Shown: positions 1 to 9,806, numbered from the stretch's first letter. The stretch: 42,576 bases of DNA from Candidatus Hermodarchaeota archaeon (GCA_016840065.1 JAEOTB010000006.1:1-42576), one strand, 5' to 3'. Program-made: numbers and translations. The notes: generated by a model from the letters alone, not told the origin.

Positions 1-476
1 CGCCATTGTTTGATGGCTTCTTGTCGCTGGATTTCCCATGCTTGCTCTATTTTGTCCCAGTTAATTCCTTCTCCTATTGGGTCGCCGTTCTGTGCCCAGA
101 TGAGGCGTTCGATGATTTGCTCAGTGAAATCTGCTTCTGCCCAGAAATCAATACGAACAGTGTGGTTGGATGGGTAAAACGCGCCCCACCCCATTTGTCG
201 TGTTTGGAACTTCATCAGAACTGGAAGATTTGGTGCTAGAAGGAATGTCTTATTACGAATGAGGGTGTAACACATCTGTGTTTCAGGGTCGAGGGTTCGT
301 AGAAACTGTTCTGTTGCATCAATTAGGCAGTTACTCCAAAAACCACTCCACATAGAGCGGTATCGCTGACTGATATACCGTGGCTGGGTGTAGAGGGTCA
401 GCTGGGGCAACTTGTAGATACCCAGTTTCTCTGCTTGCGACTCAATTTTTGTACATGATGTGTAATCAAGTTTCAT
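1..476 (-). CDS. Hypothetical protein, 3'-truncated at the window edge (not in ORF track)
   Basis: Manual translation of the minus strand from ATG at 476 gives MKLDYTSCTKIESQAEKLGIYKLPQL...DFWAEADFTEQIIERLIWAQNGDPIGEGINWDKIEQAWEIQRQEAIKQW with no stop before base 1. Start codon uncertain. Confidence 0.65.
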   Translation of the reverse strand, partial: MKLDYTSCTKIESQAEKLGIYKLPQLTLYTQPRYISQRYRSMWSGFWSNCLIDATEQFLRTLDPETQMCYTLIRNKTFLLAPNLPVLMKFQTRQMGWGAFYPSNHTVRIDFWAEADFTEQIIERLIWAQNGDPIGEGINWDKIEQAWEIQRQEAIKQW

Positions 477-609
477 TGCTAGCAACCATTCCGTAAGCGC
501 TACTCCTTGATAGTGACTCGAAGGTTTAAACTTTGACTCAAGCAGAGTTTTGGTGGAAATTAGGGTATAATTCTGGTAGAATATTGGATGATGTTTTAAT
601 AGCCAGATT

Positions 610-1848
610 GTGAAGGGGTTGAGTAGTCTATTGGAGTCGATGTTTATGGACAGGCGTCTGAAAGCCCTCCTCATCGTAGTCCCTGTGATTTGTGCAGGAA
701 TCTTTGGAGCTTGGCTTTTCATATCATTAAACACCCAGCAAGGTTCAATGGTTCATGAAAATTTTGTTCATTATGTCAGGGGGAACACCGACTACGGTAT
801 CAATGATTTCATCGACAACAGCGATGGCACCATCACCGATAATGCCACGGGGCTAATGTGGTCCCAGGCAGATAGCGGTGAGGGTCTTAACTGGCAAGAA
901 ACTTTAGCTTGGGTTCAACAGAGGAACACGGAGACTTACCTTGGTTACAGTGATTGGCGGCTACCCAACGCTAAGGAACTCCAGAGCATCGTCGATTACA
1001 CCCGATCCCCCTCCACGACTAGTTCTGCAGCGATTGACCCGCTTTTCAGTGTGACACCCATCACAGACGAGGCTGGAGATACGAACTATCCCTTTTTCTG
1101 GACCAGCACAACCCACTTGGATGGGCCACCTGAAACCGGTTATGCTGTCTACCTCTCCTTTGGGGAGGCTCTAGGGTACATGCCATCACCGACAGGGGTT
1201 TATGAGTGGGTGGATATTCACGGTGCGGGAGCCCAACGTAGCGACCCGAAAAGTGGCGACCCCGCAGATTATCCCACTGGACATGGGCCACAGGGTGATG
1301 CTATCCGGATCTATAATTATGTCCGGTTGGTGCGTACAGAGAAAGCAGCATACAACTATGTCGTGGTGGACACCGGGCAAGATGCCTGCTATAGCAACAC
1401 AGTCGCAATAACAGCTCCCTCCCCTGGTAGCGCCTTTTACGGACAGGATGCACAATACGACGGAGTTCAGCCCTCCTATCTGGATAACGGTGACGGAACA
1501 ATCACGGACCTGAACACTGGACTGATGTGGCAGAAGACACCTGGCGATAAGGCCACCTATGATGAAGCAGTAGCTGCGGCTGACACATTCACACTAGCTG
1601 GTTATGATGACTGGCGTCTACCAACCATTAAGGAACTCTACTCGCTAATCGATTTCACCGGCGTCACTGGTATGAGTGCAGCTGAAAGTACACCCTACAT
1701 TGATACAGTATACTTCGATTTCGAGTACGGAGATGAAAGTGCTGGGGAGCGGTTCATCGACTCCCAGTACTGGTCCAGCACCGAGTACGTCGGCGGCACT
1801 CAAGTGTTCGGAGTAAATTTCGCTGATGGACGCATAAAGGGATATTAA
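610..1848 (+). CDS. Membrane-anchored DUF1566 (Lcl C-terminal-like) double-domain protein
   Basis: Two copies of DN[SG]DGTITDxxTGLMW...DWRLPxxKELxS. N-terminal hydrophobic anchor. True start probably ATG 640 or 646. Confidence 0.85.
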   Translation: MKGLSSLLESMFMDRRLKALLIVVPVICAGIFGAWLFISLNTQQGSMVHENFVHYVRGNTDYGINDFIDNSDGTITDNATGLMWSQADSGEGLNWQETLAWVQQRNTETYLGYSDWRLPNAKELQSIVDYTRSPSTTSSAAIDPLFSVTPITDEAGDTNYPFFWTSTTHLDGPPETGYAVYLSFGEALGYMPSPTGVYEWVDIHGAGAQRSDPKSGDPADYPTGHGPQGDAIRIYNYVRLVRTEKAAYNYVVVDTGQDACYSNTVAITAPSPGSAFYGQDAQYDGVQPSYLDNGDGTITDLNTGLMWQKTPGDKATYDEAVAAADTFTLAGYDDWRLPTIKELYSLIDFTGVTGMSAAESTPYIDTVYFDFEYGDESAGERFIDSQYWSSTEYVGGTQVFGVNFADGRIKGY

Positions 1849-1958
1849 GGCTTGAATTCCTGACGATGTAAAAGCAACCAGTAATTATTTAGAACCTCAG
1901 CGAACAAAAGCCATACAAATATTCTACTTGTAAACACTGAACATTTTGGTGACTAGCT

Positions 1959-3155
1959 TTGAAAGTTGAGGATGTTAAACAGGTAGCTGTGCTGGGTTCG
2001 GGTCTGATGGGACATGGCATTGCCCAAACCTTTGCCACAGCTGGCTACAAGACAACCATGATTGATATCAAAGAGGAATTCGTCGAAGCAGGGCTTGGGA
2101 AGATTAAGTGGAGCCTCGGAAAACTCCTTGAGAAGTCTCGCATCACTCAGGTAGTATACGATGCTGCCCTAGCGAACCTCACTACAACCACAGATCGTGC
2201 GGCTGGAGTAAAGGATGCGGACCTCATTGTAGAGGCGATTCCAGAGATAATGGATTTGAAACAGAAGGTCTTTGCTGGTCTAGAGAAGGAAGCTCCTTCC
2301 CATGCAATTCTCGCTACAAACACTAGCTCTCTCCCAATCTCGGAGATAGCAGAAGCAACAGAGCACCCCGAGAAGGTTGTTGGGATGCACTTCTTCTCAC
2401 CAGTTGTGCGAATGGATATAGTGGAAATCATCAAGGGTGACAAGACTACTGATAATGTCGCACAGCTCATCTTTGAGCTCACCCAGAAAATAGGGAAAGA
2501 ACCTGTTATTTGCAACAAGGACATCCCCGGCTTCATCGCCAACGGCATCATGATGTTCCCCCTCAACTTCGTGGGCCAACTAATCGATATGGGCAAATTC
2601 ACGACTGAAGAAATCGACTCTGCCATGCACTTTAACTTGGGTATGCGAATGGCAGTTTTTGGTCTAATAGACTTTGTCGGGCTCGACGTAACCTATAACA
2701 TACTGAAATTCATGGCGACGCGTATCAAAGGAATGACCCTGGCAAAGTGCCTTGAGGACAGAGTGCAACGCGGCGACCTCGGAGTGAAGACAGGTAAAGG
2801 CTTCTATGAGTACCCCACTGGGCGCTGGGCAGTTCCCTCCTCCTGGTCCATGGACCTTGTAGGGAAATTTGACCCACAATTCGTAACAAGTGTAGCCATT
2901 AACCGAGCGGCTGCGCTGGTCGACGATGATGTCGCTTCTCCAGCTGATATTGATAAGACTCTCAAGCTGGGCTTCAACCTTCCACTAGGTATGCTAGAGA
3001 TTGCGGATTCACTGGGTATTGACTCGGTTGTTGAGAAACTAGAACAGGTCGCAAAGGAGTACGACCAATTCTACACACCCCACCCCTATCTCCGCAAGAT
3101 GGTCAAGGAAGGAAAGCTTGGCCGCAAATCTGGTGAAGGCTTCTTCAAGTACTAG
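1959..3155 (+). CDS. 3-hydroxyacyl-CoA dehydrogenase with duplicated C-terminal domain
   Basis: Rossmann GSGLMGHGIA, EAIPE, NTSSL, GMHFFSP..VEII; two copies of the GxLGxKxGxGF[YF]xY C-terminal signature. Confidence 0.95.
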   Translation: MKVEDVKQVAVLGSGLMGHGIAQTFATAGYKTTMIDIKEEFVEAGLGKIKWSLGKLLEKSRITQVVYDAALANLTTTTDRAAGVKDADLIVEAIPEIMDLKQKVFAGLEKEAPSHAILATNTSSLPISEIAEATEHPEKVVGMHFFSPVVRMDIVEIIKGDKTTDNVAQLIFELTQKIGKEPVICNKDIPGFIANGIMMFPLNFVGQLIDMGKFTTEEIDSAMHFNLGMRMAVFGLIDFVGLDVTYNILKFMATRIKGMTLAKCLEDRVQRGDLGVKTGKGFYEYPTGRWAVPSSWSMDLVGKFDPQFVTSVAINRAAALVDDDVASPADIDKTLKLGFNLPLGMLEIADSLGIDSVVEKLEQVAKEYDQFYTPHPYLRKMVKEGKLGRKSGEGFFKY

Positions 3156-3181
3156 CCCTACCTCACATCAACTGGTCAATG

Positions 3182-4063
3182 TCATTTCGTCTTTGTAGCT
3201 TCTTCGACGCGGTCCAGCCACTCGCTGACAAGTGCATTGAAGAGTGTCTCCTGTTCTATCTGCAGATTATGTCCCGCCCGGTCTAAAATAGCAAAAGTGC
3301 CACGGGGATATAACTCGATTAGCTTCATCGCGTCTTGGTATCCAACAAACCAGTCCTGACGGCCCAATAAAATCAGTGTGGGGCCTTTGAAGCCGCCATC
3401 TAGGTCATCGACATCAAATGAAAATGGATAACCATCCCCCCTTATTACATCGGTAAAGGAGCTGTCAACGATTTTGTGGCCTGAAAGAATCTCGTCACGA
3501 GTTCGCTCCCAGACTCTCTGAGATTCGACTGTGTTAAAGGACTGAAAGAATTCAGCTTCAGAGGCATCAAGGCTAGAAATAAGCTCAGGGTCCTCCACTA
3601 TTTTAACAGGAGGCGGGACCCTCCGTAACTCATCCTTTGCAACTATTAATGGACAAATCAGGAGCTGCCCATCCACACTCTCTGGACACCGGTAGATAAC
3701 TCCTCTGGAAAGATAGCCACCATATGATTCTCCGGCTACCACAATTCGTTGTTTTGGGACAACCGCGTCAATGAATTCCAAGACGATATCGAGCATCTGG
3801 TCAGAGTTGGTTATCCAGTCCTCGCCAGGTGTTTGACCCATACCTGGCAGATCAAAGTATATTCTCTGCCATCCACTTCGATTCTTGAAGACAGGCTCCA
3901 TGCATCCCAGCATCATGCGATGGTCTAGCGTAAACCCGTGGAGCATGATGAGGGGTCGTCCCTTACCTTTTAGTCTATAATAGATAGTCGTGTTTTCGAG
4001 CTGGCATTTCATTTGGTAGCCATCCAGTTCATCCTTCAGCTCCCAATGTTTCCTAACTATCAT
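3182..4063 (-). CDS. Alpha/beta fold hydrolase
   Basis: LHGF oxyanion motif, DLPGMG, nucleophile elbow GESYGG, GRQD acid, AGHNL catalytic His. Confidence 0.92.
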   Translation of the reverse strand: MIVRKHWELKDELDGYQMKCQLENTTIYYRLKGKGRPLIMLHGFTLDHRMMLGCMEPVFKNRSGWQRIYFDLPGMGQTPGEDWITNSDQMLDIVLEFIDAVVPKQRIVVAGESYGGYLSRGVIYRCPESVDGQLLICPLIVAKDELRRVPPPVKIVEDPELISSLDASEAEFFQSFNTVESQRVWERTRDEILSGHKIVDSSFTDVIRGDGYPFSFDVDDLDGGFKGPTLILLGRQDWFVGYQDAMKLIELYPRGTFAILDRAGHNLQIEQETLFNALVSEWLDRVEEATKTK

Positions 4064-4095
4064 AAATCTAGCTATGGGTGCTCCAGACGCCTCTT

Positions 4096-4404
4096 TTATT
4101 TAGAATCGAAGAAATAGGTGATGAGCTGGTAGTATTGGGTTAGGGCTGCCTTGCCTTTCTCTGTTGTTCTGAACTCAAAGATTCCCGCTGTGGGTTCGCT
4201 GAGCTGTTCAAGGAGCCCTCCCTGTGTGAGAACACTGAGGGCTTCCTTGGCGGCTGCAGTATTGAGGCCGATTTTACGCACGAGCCAGCTTTGGGTGCGG
4301 GGAGTTCGAAGGCAGGCTTCAAGTAGTGCAGACCATATCTCGAACTTGTCTCGGCGGGGCGACTTGTAGCTTGTACGTTTGGGGGAGGCTGAATCAGTCG
4401 GCAT
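4096..4404 (-). CDS. Small winged-helix DNA-binding protein (ArnR1/HTH_45-like)
   Basis: RRDKFEIWSALLEAC...TQSWLVRKIGLN...L...GLL...FRTTEKG pattern. ATG at 4404 overlaps the upstream stop (TGATG). Confidence 0.8.
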   Translation of the reverse strand: MPTDSASPKRTSYKSPRRDKFEIWSALLEACLRTPRTQSWLVRKIGLNTAAAKEALSVLTQGGLLEQLSEPTAGIFEFRTTEKGKAALTQYYQLITYFFDSK

Positions 4405-5165
4405 CAGGACCTCCATCCTGTATCACTAGCGCTTTGCCCGATAGTCGATTCGAGGTCCGCTTGCCATGTGATAAGCGCCTCGTAGAGCTTTAGCCAGCGA
4501 TGTATATATTTCCTCCAGCGGAAGTACATCCAAAACCAGACAACAACATACCCAATATTGAACCACAGAAAGGGGATAACAGGAGTCAGAAGGAGGCGAG
4601 GTATGACATATGGGCGTCTAATGAAGAAGCTACCAAAGCTGAAGAAAAGAATCGCAAAAACCATTACTCCAATTATAGGCATAATTCTGAGGGTTCGGAA
4701 GATTCTATGAATTCGCTGCTGTTCCTCTTCTTTAGTACTAGGACTCGCTGTTTCCCTAGGTAGAAGAACGGGGAAGAGGAGATTGATGTAGGTCGTGAAA
4801 TCCTCTGCGGCTTGTGAGGTGTTAACATCTCTCTTTGCATTATCCAAGAAGCGCTTCGCCGACTGCATGTATGTAAAGAATGATTTCCATCCAAACCAAA
4901 GAACAATAATAATGATTGGCATTGTGATCCATACTGGAGTAGTAATTCGGAGGAACCACTCAAAGGATTCTGCGATAGCCGCTGAGAAGAGGATCACCCA
5001 AAGAATCCAGAGGGGAGCTAATAGAATTGATGCAAAGAAATTCAACACGAAAAGCCGGTGACTCCGATACAGCTGTGGCAGCAGCTCTTTTTGGCTGCTT
5101 AGTAATCCGTTTGGACTAGCCTCTATATCTGTAAATGTAGTCACCAACCTTTGGACAACCTTCAT
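4404..5165 (-). CDS. Hypothetical membrane protein (about 4 TM)
   Basis: Two pairs of hydrophobic helices; translationally coupled to the wHTH gene. Confidence 0.75.
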   Translation of the reverse strand: MKVVQRLVTTFTDIEASPNGLLSSQKELLPQLYRSHRLFVLNFFASILLAPLWILWVILFSAAIAESFEWFLRITTPVWITMPIIIIVLWFGWKSFFTYMQSAKRFLDNAKRDVNTSQAAEDFTTYINLLFPVLLPRETASPSTKEEEQQRIHRIFRTLRIMPIIGVMVFAILFFSFGSFFIRRPYVIPRLLLTPVIPFLWFNIGYVVVWFWMYFRWRKYIHRWLKLYEALITWQADLESTIGQSASDTGWRS

Positions 5166-5321
5166 TCTTGATGCATAATCTGTTGTTCATAATCAATCAC
5201 TGAAGTAGTGAGGGGCTCAGTTGAATATAAGGAACTGTGGATTAATTCTCCATAGGCGTAGTCGATTCGTCTCAATTTAACATTAGGTTTTAAGTCCATA
5301 TGTAGATTCGAGAGCTAGAGT

Positions 5322-6074
5322 GTGCGAATTATAATGTTAAAAGAGATTCTTGGAGTATTGTTCGATTTCGGGGGCACCCTCCTCGATTACACTCCCTGTA
5401 TCAGCCTAGTCTTTTCAAGGGTAGCGAAACTACTCGGTATCGAGATGTCCTCCGATGACCCGCGGATCCAAGAGGGAATACGACGGCAACAAACCGCATT
5501 CATAGCGTTGAAGGTTCCAGACGCCAAGTTAACGAGAGACCACATGCACTCCTTGAATCGTCATATACTGGACGCTATGGGCATTGACTATGAGCGAATT
5601 CCCAAAGATAAGCTGATGAAAATCATCAACGATGAATTTGATAGGAGTTTTGAATTAGGAGAAAATTTCGAGTTGTACCCAGGCACCCAGGAAACCCTTG
5701 AAAGGCTCCACTCCACAGGTCTCAGGATTGGTCTGCTATCCAATTGCCCCGCATGGCTAGGAACATCCAGGAGGAGAGTGATGGAGAAACTTGGTATCTT
5801 CAAGTACTTTGATGCCATAATTCTTTCAGGCGAAGTAGGTGTTAGTAAACCTGAAAGAGAGGTTTTCGAGATTGCCTTTAGAGCGCTTGACATCGAAAAT
5901 CCCCAACAAGTCATACATGTGGGCGACAGCCCCTATTCAGATGTTTATGGGGCAGAAAACGCTGGATTAATACCTGTGCTTTTCGACCCGCAAGGCTTGC
6001 ACTCAATCGAAGGTGTTACTACCATCAGGAAAATGCCTGACCTCCTTAACTATCTCAACTACCGAATTGATTAG
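5322..6074 (+). CDS. HAD-superfamily hydrolase (subfamily IA)
   Basis: FDFGGTL motif I, LSN motif II, KP and HVGDSPYSDVYGA motifs III/IV. Start may be ATG 5334. Confidence 0.92.
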   Translation: MRIIMLKEILGVLFDFGGTLLDYTPCISLVFSRVAKLLGIEMSSDDPRIQEGIRRQQTAFIALKVPDAKLTRDHMHSLNRHILDAMGIDYERIPKDKLMKIINDEFDRSFELGENFELYPGTQETLERLHSTGLRIGLLSNCPAWLGTSRRRVMEKLGIFKYFDAIILSGEVGVSKPEREVFEIAFRALDIENPQQVIHVGDSPYSDVYGAENAGLIPVLFDPQGLHSIEGVTTIRKMPDLLNYLNYRID

Positions 6075-6114
6075 TGCGCTCCAAAGTGAGCGACCAAGGT
6101 CTGCTGGTGTGTTG

Positions 6115-6855
6115 TTATCCTCCAACGCTATAGTTACATGACTTCGACTTTTTGTGTTCAGTGTCTTGGGGCGTGTTATTTAGAATCTCCGTATCCAAGA
6201 ACCTGCTAATGGGAAGAAGGGTAATTGTGGATGCGATTCGAATTATATTGTCTTTATCCTGCCTACCCTGTATTAGTGCTTCAGCAGCTGATTCACTAAA
6301 TTCTCTGAGTATCTCAGCAGCTCGCCATCGAACTTGGCATTCACTGTCTCCTAGTAATTGAACCAGGGATCTTATTACCGATTCTTCTCTGAATAAACCA
6401 AGGACCTCTGCTGCTTTCATTCGAACAACACTGGATTTAGCCTTCAGGGCTTTCATGATGGTGGGCACGGCTCTCGAATCAGCAATTTTCCCAAGAGCTT
6501 CTAGTACTTCTACTTGGGTTTCCTCGTCTTCATCCTGTAATCTTTTAATGAAGTATTCTAGGGCTAGCGTTCCTGATGCTTCCAACTCGGCCCATTGTCC
6601 CATTTTAAATAGATACTGAATTCTTTCGGGAATGTTTAGAGGGCTACAACCCAGCTTGTGAAGGACCTGTGTGACTGCTTTTCGAATGCTACTGCCTTCA
6701 TCCCTTATAGTATCGATTAGTGGCTTTACAAGACGAATATTGCTAACTGTGCCCAACATTCTTGCAGCTGAACTTCGAACTGGAAAATGGGTGTCCAAGT
6801 CGTGAACTAATTGTTCTACTACATGTACTGCGCATCTGAGGAGTGTAGTTTTCAT
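6115..6855 (-). CDS. HEAT-repeat (PBS lyase-like) protein
   Basis: Repeats of L.D....VR..AA..LG. Confidence 0.85.
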   Translation of the reverse strand: MKTTLLRCAVHVVEQLVHDLDTHFPVRSSAARMLGTVSNIRLVKPLIDTIRDEGSSIRKAVTQVLHKLGCSPLNIPERIQYLFKMGQWAELEASGTLALEYFIKRLQDEDEETQVEVLEALGKIADSRAVPTIMKALKAKSSVVRMKAAEVLGLFREESVIRSLVQLLGDSECQVRWRAAEILREFSESAAEALIQGRQDKDNIIRIASTITLLPISRFLDTEILNNTPQDTEHKKSKSCNYSVGG

Positions 6856-6937
6856 TGTCGATATCCAACTATATTATTAGAAGGAACGATATTAACACTT
6901 TTCGGAATGGTTTTTCATCTTTTCTACAGGTGTGTTC

Positions 6938-7645
6938 TTATCTGAAAGCATAGAAGAAACAGACGCTTGCCAAGAGGAAGAATACGTGTCCGAGTAACCC
7001 CAGAACAGGTAATGTGATGCCAAGCAAGTTAAACACACTGTAGTACGCAATGCCCACAGTTACGAGTAATAAAGCAATGGACAGGGCGAGTGCCTTCTGA
7101 TATTTCGCGTGCGAGCGCTTAACCGATCTGAGGGTGCGAATGAAGTAGAACGTGGCAATCGCCATCAACGAGACAGGGATTAGTAACAGACCGATTATAC
7201 CCCAGATTGACATCGCGAACCCGAGCGTGTCTTGGGCAGCCATATAGTTCACCGAGTCGTTGGGAAGAGTGAGGATGATTCCAATTACTCCCGCAGCCAC
7301 AATTGGCCCCGCAACCTGTAACTGTGAGACATAATGTTCACCTTTGAAGATTAGGATACCCGTAAGCGCCCCAATTACGGCGGCAATTATCGCGCCGGAA
7401 GCTGAGATATCACGGAAGATGTTGAACACAACAGGGTAGAAGGGAACAAGGGGCAAGATGTAGATTAGCCCTTCAAAGAACAGATAGACTCCAAAGGTAA
7501 TCATCGCTAAGGCAGTGAGTCGGTTTAGGAAGTTCTTCGAATCCTTTCGGAACACAACGACGGCTACAAAATCTAGGACTACCGCATCTATTAGAAATAT
7601 CAAGCCTATTAGAGGTCCCGGAACAGAAGCAGGAACAGTCATCAA
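6938..7645 (-). CDS. Stand-alone 7TM membrane protein (HisKA_7TM-like), paralog A
   Basis: Seven hydrophobic segments; aligns end to end with 9114..9806. Confidence 0.75.
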   Translation of the reverse strand: MMTVPASVPGPLIGLIFLIDAVVLDFVAVVVFRKDSKNFLNRLTALAMITFGVYLFFEGLIYILPLVPFYPVVFNIFRDISASGAIIAAVIGALTGILIFKGEHYVSQLQVAGPIVAAGVIGIILTLPNDSVNYMAAQDTLGFAMSIWGIIGLLLIPVSLMAIATFYFIRTLRSVKRSHAKYQKALALSIALLLVTVGIAYYSVFNLLGITLPVLGLLGHVFFLLASVCFFYAFR

Positions 7646-7738
7646 TCTCCTAATGAGGGAAACTTTGCTTTAAGGTTTCTAGGTCACATTGCTAACGTTT
7701 TTATCGAGATTATGATGATTTGCATTGAGGATACAATC

Positions 7739-8236
7739 ATGTCCAAAACTGTTGATGTACTTCTCGCCGCCTTTGAACACGAGGCAAAGCAGGCGCGCGT
7801 CGTAATCGCCACCATTCAAGATACCGACATGGAGTACTCGCCACAAGAAGGAATGCGGACCCTAGGTGAGCTAGCCAATCACCTAGCACAAATCCCTCTT
7901 CTAGACCCTGCTATGTATGCACAGGAAATCCCAGATGTAGAACACGCTAGGGCACGGGAGAAAGAACTGCACCGTAAAGACCTAGACGGCATCCTAACAG
8001 TGTTTGACGAGGGTGTCCAAGCCGTAAAACAACGATTTACTGGAATGACGGACAAGGAGTTCTTTGCTAAAACTCTCAAACCCTTCTACGAGAAAACGGA
8101 AAAAAACTGGGCCTACTATTTGCCCGAATTCATCAGTCACATTGCCATGCATAAGATGCAGCTATTCATGTATCTGAAGCTAGCTGGCGTCAAGGTCGAT
8201 ATGATGACCTACTATGGCGTTACTCCTAAGGAGTAA
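7739..8236 (+). CDS. DinB/YfiT family metalloprotein
   Basis: YSP..GMRTLGELANHLA and HIAMHKMQLFMYLK (three-His triad). GAGG upstream of ATG 7739. Confidence 0.9.
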   Translation: MSKTVDVLLAAFEHEAKQARVVIATIQDTDMEYSPQEGMRTLGELANHLAQIPLLDPAMYAQEIPDVEHARAREKELHRKDLDGILTVFDEGVQAVKQRFTGMTDKEFFAKTLKPFYEKTEKNWAYYLPEFISHIAMHKMQLFMYLKLAGVKVDMMTYYGVTPKE

Positions 8237-9068
8237 CTGGTTCTTCCGGTGTGAAGCGGTAAACATCGCATAAGTAATAGGGTTTGAACCCGATGCGGGA
8301 ATACAAGTTGTAGCCGAGCTGGGATGATTGCAAGGTGCTAATTTCGTACCCGCGCTCGCAGGCATCCTGAAGGGCAACGAGAGTTGTAGCCGTGCCTATG
8401 CCTTTTCCTCGATGTTCTGGTTGGGTATCAATCCAATAAAGGCCTGCAACACCGACTAGGTAGGCTACCTTAGAAACACCTACAACACCACCATCAAGCA
8501 ACGCTAGAAATACTCTGATATCACTCTGCTCTCTAGCGAGGGCGGGTATTAGCATATCATACATTGATTGTACTGCTGGCTCAGGATAACTTCGGTTCGT
8601 AAGATACGCAAACCATTGATCCAAGTCTTCAACAGTTTTGACTTGCCTGATCTGGATTCCTGACTTGTTAAGCGCGTCAGGTAGTAGGGCGTGGTCCAAC
8701 TCTCGTAAATCAAGTGCCATTGCAGGAAAACTCCACTCCTCCTTGATGAGCCCTTCCTCCAATATCAGGTCGCCCAGGTTTTTCGGTGATGAAGATGAAC
8801 CAATCCACCAAAGAAAGGGCACGCCTCGTTCTTTGAAATATCTAACTACTTCAGCGACTTTTTGTTTAGCGTTTCGGGTCGTGAACCTCGCCCACATTAC
8901 GCCATTCTTCACTGCTACTGGAACGCTGGTGTAGAACCTAAAGATTTGGTGCTCTTCAATGACTTCAACTTGTCGCCAGTAGGTTTTGATGTATCGTGCA
9001 AAATTCGCCTCAATTGCAGTCTTGACAATTGGTTCCGCATGATTCCTGAGTATCTCTTCTTCAGACAT
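8226..9068 (-). CDS. GNAT family N-acetyltransferase
   Basis: IDTQPEHRGKGIG acetyl-CoA motif A; LQSSQLGYNLYSRIGF motif B. Confidence 0.92.
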   Translation of the reverse strand: MSEEEILRNHAEPIVKTAIEANFARYIKTYWRQVEVIEEHQIFRFYTSVPVAVKNGVMWARFTTRNAKQKVAEVVRYFKERGVPFLWWIGSSSSPKNLGDLILEEGLIKEEWSFPAMALDLRELDHALLPDALNKSGIQIRQVKTVEDLDQWFAYLTNRSYPEPAVQSMYDMLIPALAREQSDIRVFLALLDGGVVGVSKVAYLVGVAGLYWIDTQPEHRGKGIGTATTLVALQDACERGYEISTLQSSQLGYNLYSRIGFKPYYLCDVYRFTPEEPVTP

Positions 9069-9113
9069 CTGTAGAACCTCCTATACTCGGATGGATAAAT
9101 TTAGGTTATCGAA

Positions 9114-9806
9114 TCACCTGAAGGCATAGAAAAAGAAGGCGCTTGCGGCAATATAGAAGGCCTGTCCGAGAATGCTTAGAGTTGGTGAGGGAAATCCCAT
9201 CACAGCAATGACGGTGTAGTAAGCGATTCCGATGGTTACCAGAATCAGAGCGATGGGAAGCGCGATTGCTTTCCGGTACTTTTTGTGCGAGCGATCAATT
9301 CCCTGGAGGGTTCTTAGATAGCAGAAGGTTGCCAGCACCATCATTGAAACAGGAATAATGAACAAACCTATCCCAGCCCAGATAGTACCCGTAAAACCAA
9401 TGGTGTCTGTCGCGACGTTATAATCCACATATTCGTTCGGAATCGTGAGTACTAAAGCAATTATCTCTAGAGCGATAAACGGAATAACTACGCGTATCCG
9501 GGCTACGTAGTGTTCACCTTTCAAGAGGATGATACCTGACAAGGCACCGAGTATTGATGCGGTAATCGCTCCACTGACAGCCACGTCGCGGAAGATGTTG
9601 AACAGGTAGAGATAAGGAATCACTGGCAGTGTGTAAATCAAGCCGCCTAAGAGCATGTAGCTTCCAAAGGCGACCATTGCAACTGCCACTACTTGGTTGA
9701 GTAGATTTCTGGGGTCCTTTCGTAGGACCAAGATGGCGACGGCGATTATGAGTATCGCGTCGAACAAGAAGATTAGTCCAATAATGGGTCCTGGTGCAGT
9801 CATCAT
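9114..9806 (-). CDS. Stand-alone 7TM membrane protein (HisKA_7TM-like), paralog B
   Basis: Seven hydrophobic segments; shares PGPxIGLIFL, RKDxxNxLN, FNIFRD, KGEHYV and F[FY]YAFR with 6938..7645. Confidence 0.75.
   Translation of the reverse strand: MMTAPGPIIGLIFLFDAILIIAVAILVLRKDPRNLLNQVVAVAMVAFGSYMLLGGLIYTLPVIPYLYLFNIFRDVAVSGAITASILGALSGIILLKGEHYVARIRVVIPFIALEIIALVLTIPNEYVDYNVATDTIGFTGTIWAGIGLFIIPVSMMVLATFCYLRTLQGIDRSHKKYRKAIALPIALILVTIGIAYYTVIAVMGFPSPTLSILGQAFYIAASAFFFYAFR

Noticed and set aside
6-239. 77-aa + strand ORF
   Set aside because: Antisense shadow of a longer, more protein-like minus-strand frame (476 to <1).
6938-9806. 7TM proteins as rhodopsins
   Set aside because: No retinal-binding lysine in TM7 and no rhodopsin helix C motif.
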